From Caulobacteraceae bacterium (lineage in GTDB: Bacteria; Pseudomonadota; Alphaproteobacteria; Caulobacterales; Aquidulcibacteraceae): DNA of 32,000 nt. The position numbers were made by a program, and so were the translations under genes. The notes under the pieces are model-generated. The model was not told where the DNA came from. It made no database searches and saw only the letters and a list, made by a program, of their open reading frames with translations. The stretch is from assembly GCA_965234525.1 (NCBI GenBank), contig OZ248515.1:1864492-1896491 (forward strand). The letters run 5' to 3'. Positions 25,941 to 32,000 of this stretch are shown piece by piece (positions within the stretch are counted from its first letter, which is position 1; every line of letters starts with the position of its first letter).

Positions 25941-27761
25941 CTACACAACCTCCGTGTTGAGTGCAGGGATCGGTTCATCCGTAGATTGTTGCACGCGCAC
26001 AATGTCACTACCTTCAAAGCCAGCGGGTAGGCTACGCCGCAATAGGCCCTGGCTGTCATCGGTCGAGTCCAGTGTGAACCCTAAGCCCAAAAATAAGTCC
26101 AAGGCGGGGCTGTTTCGGGCCGCCTTTTTGTACGAAATGGACAGCCCTTGTGCCCCAGCAGCTTCACAACGTGATGCCAGCCAAGCGAAGAAAGCCGCTT
26201 CAACACGTTTGCGCTGCACACGGCAGCTCATAAAGAAGTCTTGGATATGCCCAGTCTGCGGGGTGCCATAGGCAAATCCGATCAGGCCGTAATCGCCAAA
26301 GCGATCGGCACAGCGCAGGGTCCAAGCCTCAGCACCATTTGCGCTTGCCAGCATGGCCGCGACATCGTCGCGACTATAGCGGGTCGCCGCAATATTGAGT
26401 TGGTTGGTGCGCTGCGACAATTCATGGACCCGCTCAGCATCCTCTGTCGTTAAGCGGGCGACGTTCAAAACGAGATCACAACCGCGCAGGAAGTGGTCCA
26501 TGTCGCCAGCAGCAGATTCGGCCGCCAGAGTGCGCGCAGCCTCCACTGCATAAAGGGCGCGCCGGCCTCGGCTTTCCGGCGTCACAGGTACGTCAAATTG
26601 TGGGCGCTCCAGCAAGTTAAGCGCTTCGGTATCAGCAAGCACCGTCACAGACGGATGGGCTTCACTAACTTCGCCGCGTTCAAACGGCTGATCGTCGATG
26701 AAGACAAAAGCGTCCAGCCCTAGATTGAGTGTCTGGGCTATCCGAGCCAAGGCCGCGCTCTTTGGGCCCCAACTGATCTGCGGGGCGAGCATGAAGCCGA
26801 GGAGCCCATGATGGGAGAGTGCCGCCATTGCCTCGTCATGATTATTTTTACTGGCGACCGATTGCAGAATGCCACGCGCATCTAGTGCTTCGATCATCTC
26901 ACGGATGCCGGGCTTTACGATCACGCCCTCTGGCCCGTCTTCGAGCAAGATGCCGTCCCAGATCGTATGGTCGAGGTCCCAGACCACGACTTTTGCTTTG
27001 GCGGCGGGCATGTTTAGCGCGGATGGAAGTGTCGCCGCCTGTGTCCAAGTCACGAAGTCACACAGGCCGAAAAGGACCTCAAGGCCCTTTGCCTCACCAA
27101 CTGGTTCAATCTGGACCAGATAATCTTGGGCAAGGTCAATGGTGCGCGCAATTTCTGCAATAGGGATGGAGATCCGGGTCCAGTCTGAGTTCAATGAAAA
27201 CTGACTTTGGAATAGGGCAGGATTGGTTTTGTCGACAGGGACCAACGTGAAAGTAAAGGCGATCGACTTGGCAGAAAGTGCTGCCCCTTCAATCAGGAAT
27301 GCATCAAATTCGCCATCAATGCCTTGACCCTTGGCAACGTGGTCTGCAGTGCGTTGACGCGCTTCCCGACGTGCCAAAAAGGCTAGGCCTAAACCTAAGG
27401 CTGGCTGAGCGCCATGTTCTTCGGCGGCGGCTTCTTGTTTGGTCAGTGAACGAACGGGGCCTCGCCCCTCCAGTTTACCCCAGCGGCGAAAGGCGATCCG
27501 AGTAAGCGGCAGAGGGCAAGCCATCCCGCTGTCGATGGTTTCAATTCCCCTCGTAAAGCGGCGGCAATGGCCATCCGGGCGTGGGGTGTAGAAGCTGCAG
27601 GCGGTATAGCAGGCGGGGGCAGCGCATTCAGAACAATGTTCGCCCCAAACGATCATGCTGCGGTTTTGAATCAGATCGTAGGTGGCGGCGCGCGTATCGG
27701 CCATGGCTACAGGCAGCACCATCTGGGCCTGCGCATTTTCCAACGCCACCGTCTCTTTCAT
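25941..27761 (-). CDS. FkbH-like HAD-IIIC phosphatase / GNAT-like protein with Cys-rich N-terminal domain
   Basis: HAD motif I is VVVWDLDHTIWDG, followed by SVASKN, GPKS and FIDDQPFE. The C-terminal FkbH-type acyltransferase-like region is FFMSCRVQRKRVEAAFF. I prefer the ATG at 27761 (MKETVAL) because AAAGGGG lies upstream; the ORF is open up to GTG 27902. Confidence 0.8.
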   Translation of the reverse strand: MKETVALENAQAQMVLPVAMADTRAATYDLIQNRSMIVWGEHCSECAAPACYTACSFYTPRPDGHCRRFTRGIETIDSGMACPLPLTRIAFRRWGKLEGRGPVRSLTKQEAAAEEHGAQPALGLGLAFLARREARQRTADHVAKGQGIDGEFDAFLIEGAALSAKSIAFTFTLVPVDKTNPALFQSQFSLNSDWTRISIPIAEIARTIDLAQDYLVQIEPVGEAKGLEVLFGLCDFVTWTQAATLPSALNMPAAKAKVVVWDLDHTIWDGILLEDGPEGVIVKPGIREMIEALDARGILQSVASKNNHDEAMAALSHHGLLGFMLAPQISWGPKSAALARIAQTLNLGLDAFVFIDDQPFERGEVSEAHPSVTVLADTEALNLLERPQFDVPVTPESRGRRALYAVEAARTLAAESAAGDMDHFLRGCDLVLNVARLTTEDAERVHELSQRTNQLNIAATRYSRDDVAAMLASANGAEAWTLRCADRFGDYGLIGFAYGTPQTGHIQDFFMSCRVQRKRVEAAFFAWLASRCEAAGAQGLSISYKKAARNSPALDLFLGLGFTLDSTDDSQGLLRRSLPAGFEGSDIVRVQQSTDEPIPALNTEVV

Positions 27762-27963
27762 CGCTAAACCCCTTTGCTGGTTGTCTAGCATCTTGGCCTT
27801 AAAAAACCATTTTTCGCGTCGGTTCTGCACTGTCTGCAACAGGGCATGCATTTCGACTTCACTTGTGCTAGAGAAGACTTCAAGTTTCTGAAAGGCCAAC
27901 ACCCTGTCGTCCGAACTAAGTGATACTCAAAACCCTGATCTGAAAGACATCATCCTCGCATCA

Positions 27964-28272
27964 TTGGATGACGACCAAGCAGAAGATGTGCTGTGCATTG
28001 ATTTAACAGGCAAAAGTTCCATCGCAGATGCGATTATCGTCGCCTCTGGCCGCTCGCAGCGCCATGTCGCCGCGATTGCAGACCATATTGTACGCAAGCT
28101 AAAAGATGCTGGCGTTGGTAAGGCGCGGGTTGAAGGTTTGCCCAATGCTGACTGGGTCTTGATTGATGCTGGCGACATTGTTGCCCATATCTTCCGGCCA
28201 GAAGTGCGCGCCTTTTATGCGATTGAACGCATCTGGACCGGGGAAACCCGTCACGCGGCAGGTGCTGCTTGA
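27964..28272 (+). CDS. rsfS: Ribosome silencing factor RsfS
   Basis: DDDQAEDVLCIDLTGKSSIADAIIVASGRSQRHV ... DWVLIDAGDIVAHIFRPEVRAFY. The coordinates follow the TTG in the track. The conserved N-terminal helix continues upstream to 27892 without any ATG, GTG or TTG (see findings). Confidence 0.85.
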   Translation: MDDDQAEDVLCIDLTGKSSIADAIIVASGRSQRHVAAIADHIVRKLKDAGVGKARVEGLPNADWVLIDAGDIVAHIFRPEVRAFYAIERIWTGETRHAAGAA

Positions 28273-28745
28273 ATGTGACTTTGGCTGCCATCGGGCGGCT
28301 TAAGGCGCAAGAACCTGAACAAGCCATGACCTTGGACTGGCTCGGCCGTGCTGACGCCATGGGTAAGCCATTGGGTATCAAATCCGTCCGTCTCTCTGAA
28401 ATTGACCCGCGTCTGCGGGAGCCCGACCGCGACAAAGAGGCCGCTGCCCTGTTGGCTGCGATTGAGGCGGGAAGTTTTATCATCGCACTCGATGAGCGCG
28501 GCGAAGCACCTGGTTCGGTTGGTTTTGCCAACCGATTGGCAAGCCTACGCGATCAAGGCCAAAGGCACATTGTGCTGGCCATTGGCGGACCGGATGGCCA
28601 CGGCCAAGCCTTAACCCACGCTGCCTCGATGAAGCTGGCCTTTGGCTCTTGGACCTGGCCGCACAAGCTTGTCCGCGCGATGGCGGCGGAGCAGATTTAT
28701 CGCGCCGTCTCCATCCTTGCTGGCACGCCCTATCACCGGGTTTAG
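28269..28745 (+). CDS. rlmH: 23S rRNA (pseudouridine1915-N3)-methyltransferase RlmH
   Basis: SPOUT-type RlmH pattern (LDERGE, IGGPDGH, LSFGSWTWPH-like, EQIYRA). The TTG start overlaps the rsfS stop; GTG 28275 is an alternative. Confidence 0.9.
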   Translation: MNVTLAAIGRLKAQEPEQAMTLDWLGRADAMGKPLGIKSVRLSEIDPRLREPDRDKEAAALLAAIEAGSFIIALDERGEAPGSVGFANRLASLRDQGQRHIVLAIGGPDGHGQALTHAASMKLAFGSWTWPHKLVRAMAAEQIYRAVSILAGTPYHRV

Positions 28746-28810
28746 AGCGGCGAGGCCCGGTCTGTAACAGCGAGATGACCGCACCGCCAAATCTGGTTAT
28801 CTCTGGGACT

Positions 28811-29971
28811 ATGCGCAGATTTCGAGCGATCCTTCTGTTGTGTGTGACGCTGGGCGCAGCCATGCCGGTCTACGGCCAAAGCTCTGCCGAACAGGAAATC
28901 AAGCGCCTTGAAGCCGAACGCCAGCGACGCGAGGAGCGCGTTGGCGCGCTTGTTGATGATGCCAATCGTGTTGCGGGTGACGCTGAAGCACTTCGCAAAA
29001 AGCTTGTTGCCGCTGCCGAAGATCGGGATCGGCTCGAGCGCGAAGTGGAGCGCTCTGAAGTCCGCCTGATCCAGATGCGCGCGCAAGAGCGCCAATTAAA
29101 CGCCAAACTTGCCACCAATCGCGATGCCTTGGAAGATGTCGTTATTGCCTTGATTGCCATGGAACGCGACCGACCACCTGCCTTGGCTGTCCGGCCCAAA
29201 AATGCGGCTGAGGCGGCTCGCGTCGCAATCATGATGGGAGAAATTGCGCCCTTGCTCGACAGTCGCGCAAAGCAAGCTGCTGCCGACATTGCCAGCCTGC
29301 AGGGCCTGCGCGAGTCGATTTTGATGCAAAACACCAATTATCGGGACAGCAACACCCGTCTGATGATCGCGCGGCAAACGATTGGTTCTTTGATTCAGGA
29401 AAGACGCATGGTGCAGGCCCGTATCATGCGCGATGCCGATACCGAACGAGCGCGCATTGCTGAGATTGTGCGGCGTGCCAATGATTTGCGCGATTTGGTG
29501 GTCCGGTTAGGTGGCTCTGTCCCAGGGCTTGATCTCCAGCAACCCCAAGACGGATCTGACTTCGCGCGCGGCTTTGACCGTGCCATGGGCACAGTGGCCT
29601 ATCCGGCCTATGGCCAAGTCATAACTCGTTTTGGGGCAGCACTGGAAAATGGGGGGCGATCTGAAGGGATTACCATTCGAACCCGGCGATCGGCACAGGT
29701 TGTTTCTCCCTACGATGGTGAGGTCGAGTTTGCTGGTCCTTTCCGCTCCTTTGGTCGGGTGATCATTTTAAATGTCGGCAATGGCTACCACATTGTTTTG
29801 GCAGGTATGGCGACGATTTATGCTGAGGCTGGTCAGGAAGTTTTGGCAGGTGAGCCGATTGGTGAGATGGCCACAGACGCCCGCATTATGCCCGATCTTT
29901 ATATGGAAGTGCGCAAGCAAAGCACGCCGCAAAATCCCAATCTATGGCTAAAGCGGCCCAACGGTACCTAA
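28811..29971 (+). CDS. Murein hydrolase activator EnvC-like protein (coiled coil + M23/LytM domain)
   Basis: Signal peptide MRRFRAILLLCVTLGAAMPVYGQ, a long coiled-coil region, and a C-terminal LytM domain (GITIRTR...VVSPYDGEVEFAG...GRVIILNVGNGYHIVLAGM). Alternative starts are 28775 and 28649. Confidence 0.85.
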   Translation: MRRFRAILLLCVTLGAAMPVYGQSSAEQEIKRLEAERQRREERVGALVDDANRVAGDAEALRKKLVAAAEDRDRLEREVERSEVRLIQMRAQERQLNAKLATNRDALEDVVIALIAMERDRPPALAVRPKNAAEAARVAIMMGEIAPLLDSRAKQAAADIASLQGLRESILMQNTNYRDSNTRLMIARQTIGSLIQERRMVQARIMRDADTERARIAEIVRRANDLRDLVVRLGGSVPGLDLQQPQDGSDFARGFDRAMGTVAYPAYGQVITRFGAALENGGRSEGITIRTRRSAQVVSPYDGEVEFAGPFRSFGRVIILNVGNGYHIVLAGMATIYAEAGQEVLAGEPIGEMATDARIMPDLYMEVRKQSTPQNPNLWLKRPNGT

Positions 29972-30116
29972 GCCCACGCGACAATCGCAGTCTGACTGTA
30001 GATTAAATCACCGCAATTAACTGCGGTAGGTGGTGCTTAACCACTTTGCTTGGATTATATAGAGGGTGCAAGTTTCCTGATGTACTTATGGCCTTAGCCA
30101 CTCGGAGTAGCCGCTT

Positions 30117-31556
30117 ATGACAGATTCCCAAAAGACACAGCGCTGGTGGATTGCGCCAGTCTTGGCCGGGACGTTGGGACTGGGTGCCGCTTTGGGTGCA
30201 ACGGCGGTGGCGTGGTCAGCCGGTGGCCGCCCAGACTCCGCAGCACCAGCGGCTAAGGGTGAGGATACGCTGCGCCAATTAGAGATTTTTGCCGATGTAA
30301 TGGCGCGCGTCCGCACCGATTATGTCGTGCCAACTAAGGACGACAAATTGGTGGCAGCAGCCATTGATGGCATGCTGCAATCGCTAGACCCACATTCAAG
30401 CTTCCTTGATGCCGAAGCTTTCAACAATATGCAGGTGTCGACCAAGGGCGAATACGGTGGCATTGGTATTGAAGTGACCAGTGAAGCCGGCGCTGTCAAA
30501 GTAATTTCGCCTATGGACGATAGCCCAGCGGTGCGGGCTGGCATTAAGGCTGGCGACAAACTGATTGCTGTCGACGGCGCTTCGATCTTGGGCCTGCCCT
30601 TGGATGAAGCCGTCAAGAAGATGCGCGGCCCGGTTGGAACGTCAATCGACATCACCGTGGCACGCGAAGGCCAAGAACCTTTTGTCGCCAAGGTCATGCG
30701 AGAAACCATTGTGCTGAAGCCTGTGACCAGCAAAATTCAAGGTGATTACGGCTATATCCGTATCTCCACCTTTGTGAATGAACGCACCTCCGAAGGGCTC
30801 AACAAGGCGATTGATGATGTTCAGCGTCAATTGGGTGGCCGCCTGAAAGGCATTGTTCTTGATTTACGTAACAATGGCGGTGGCTTGTTGGACCAAGCTA
30901 TTGAAGTGACCGATATCTTCATGGATCGTGGCGAGGTTGTCTCTACCCGTGGCCGCCGCGCCGACGATATTCAGCGTTATTATGGCACGCCAGGTGAGCG
31001 TTTGGCCGGGGTGCCGATGGTGGTCTTGATTAATGAAGGCTCAGCCTCGGCGTCGGAGATTGTGGCTGGCGCGCTGCAAGATCGCGGCCGTGCCACGATT
31101 GTCGGCATGGCTTCGTTCGGCAAGGGCTCTGTCCAGACAGTCATCCCATTGCGCAATGGTCGTGATGGTGCCCTGCGCTTGACGACGTCGAAATATTACA
31201 CACCTGCCGGTCGCTCGATCCAAGGTGCAGGGATTGAACCCGATATTGAGATCGGCGCTGTGCGCATCACGGAAGAGCAGTTGAACGAGCGTAAAGCGCT
31301 CTTCCAAGGTGAGGAAGATTTGCCGCACGCCCTCGACAATGAAAGCGGCGTGAAGCGCAAGCCTCCGCACATGCCGGCGGAAATGCCGCCGGTCGGCTGG
31401 AAGGAAACTGAAGATTACCAGCTGAAGCGTGCCTATGAATTGCTGGCCGCGGGTCTTCCAAAGCGCGCGCCTAACGTCACCACGCGTCGGGCTGAGAACA
31501 AACCAGCCGAGGGCACAAGATCGTCTGTGTCTGGGGCCCCTGTTACGCCAAACTAA
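30117..31556 (+). CDS. ctpA: S41 family carboxy-terminal processing peptidase
   Basis: A PDZ region (GIGIEV...VISPMDDSPAVRAGIKAGDKLIAVDG), catalytic-Ser context NEGSASASEI and Lys context GKGSVQT. GGAG lies 9 nt upstream of the ATG. Confidence 0.9.
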   Translation: MTDSQKTQRWWIAPVLAGTLGLGAALGATAVAWSAGGRPDSAAPAAKGEDTLRQLEIFADVMARVRTDYVVPTKDDKLVAAAIDGMLQSLDPHSSFLDAEAFNNMQVSTKGEYGGIGIEVTSEAGAVKVISPMDDSPAVRAGIKAGDKLIAVDGASILGLPLDEAVKKMRGPVGTSIDITVAREGQEPFVAKVMRETIVLKPVTSKIQGDYGYIRISTFVNERTSEGLNKAIDDVQRQLGGRLKGIVLDLRNNGGGLLDQAIEVTDIFMDRGEVVSTRGRRADDIQRYYGTPGERLAGVPMVVLINEGSASASEIVAGALQDRGRATIVGMASFGKGSVQTVIPLRNGRDGALRLTTSKYYTPAGRSIQGAGIEPDIEIGAVRITEEQLNERKALFQGEEDLPHALDNESGVKRKPPHMPAEMPPVGWKETEDYQLKRAYELLAAGLPKRAPNVTTRRAENKPAEGTRSSVSGAPVTPN

Positions 31557-32000
31557 TGGTGGCACGGGTCGCTCAATTCAGCCTGCCATCGGGTCGCAAT
31601 GTTGAAGCCTGCTTTACCGGCCGTCGTGGGTCCAAGCGCCTGACTATGCGCGTCGACCCGATCAAGCGCCGTGTCGTGGTCAGTGGCCCTTTGCGCGTTT
31701 CGCAGAAGCAAGCCTTGGGCTTTGTGCAGGAGAATGCGGCTTGGATTGAAGCGCGTCTCGACGCTTTGCCTGCGCCCGCACCCTTTGTGGAAGGGGGTGA
31801 GATCCTGTTTCGCGGTCGCCCAACGCTTTTGGTGCGCGTGCCCGGTCGCGGTGCTCCCATTTTTCAAGATGGGGTTGAGCCTCGTTTGGTGATTGCCGCA
31901 ACTCCAGTCCGCTTTAGTGCGCGTGTCGCGGCAGCTCTGAAAGCTTTTGCACAATCTGATGCTGTCAATTACGCCCAGAGTTTCGCGCCCCGCCTTGGCA
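31556..32000 (+). CDS. DUF45 / YgjP-like M48-family metallopeptidase, 5' part only (runs off the window)
   Basis: This open-ended frame is not in the ORF track. I translated it by hand as MVARVAQFSLPSGRNVEACFTGRRGSKRLTMRVDPIKRRVVVSGPLRVSQKQALGFVQENAAWIEARL..., with no stop up to 32000. The pattern matches the YgjP/DUF45 N-terminus. The HExxH region would lie beyond the window. Its ATG overlaps the ctpA stop (TAATG). Confidence 0.6.
   Translation, partial: MVARVAQFSLPSGRNVEACFTGRRGSKRLTMRVDPIKRRVVVSGPLRVSQKQALGFVQENAAWIEARLDALPAPAPFVEGGEILFRGRPTLLVRVPGRGAPIFQDGVEPRLVIAATPVRFSARVAAALKAFAQSDAVNYAQSFAPRLG

Noticed and set aside
1-32000. CRISPR arrays, tRNA/rRNA genes, IS elements, integrases, prophage or toxin-antitoxin pairs
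   Set aside because: No regularly spaced repeats, cloverleaf-capable intergenic segments, transposase- or integrase-like ORFs, or small paired ORFs were found. Apart from the ~200-bp accA/VWA divergent region (10560-10761 if the VWA gene starts at 10762), intergenic regions are all under about 170 bp.

Overview
This is a gene-dense chromosomal segment with about 27 CDS and very little non-coding DNA. Gene content and synteny look alphaproteobacterial (rsfS-rlmH-M23 activator-ctpA, plus purQ, pyrD, accA, pgi), but the taxon is an inference only. I saw no rRNA or tRNA gene, CRISPR array, transposase, integrase or phage gene, and no transcription-factor gene. Most of the window is housekeeping. 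Four blocks look accessory or poorly understood. (1) 53-6808 is an exported sulfatase locus: an FGE, an MBL-fold hydrolase, two Cys-type S1 sulfatases and an embedded long GST. (2) 6805-8262 is an orphan 485-aa Cys-rich membrane protein expressed from an AT-rich divergent promoter. (3) 12610-15550 is a tightly coupled three-gene operon: a Tat-signal DUF547 protein, a TVP38/DedA membrane protein and a MerA-like flavoprotein disulfide reductase. (4) 25192-27902 is a two-gene pair between pgi and rsfS: an FkbH-like HAD/GNAT protein with a Cys-rich N-terminal domain, plus a cytoplasmic NodB-type deacetylase. Blocks 3 and 4 are my best candidates for an undescribed system. Neither can be proven from sequence alone, and no canonical defence or mobile system is evident. 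Several ORF-track starts were re-set to internal ATGs with better RBS or signal-peptide context. One open-ended ORF at the 3' edge, absent from the track, was added.
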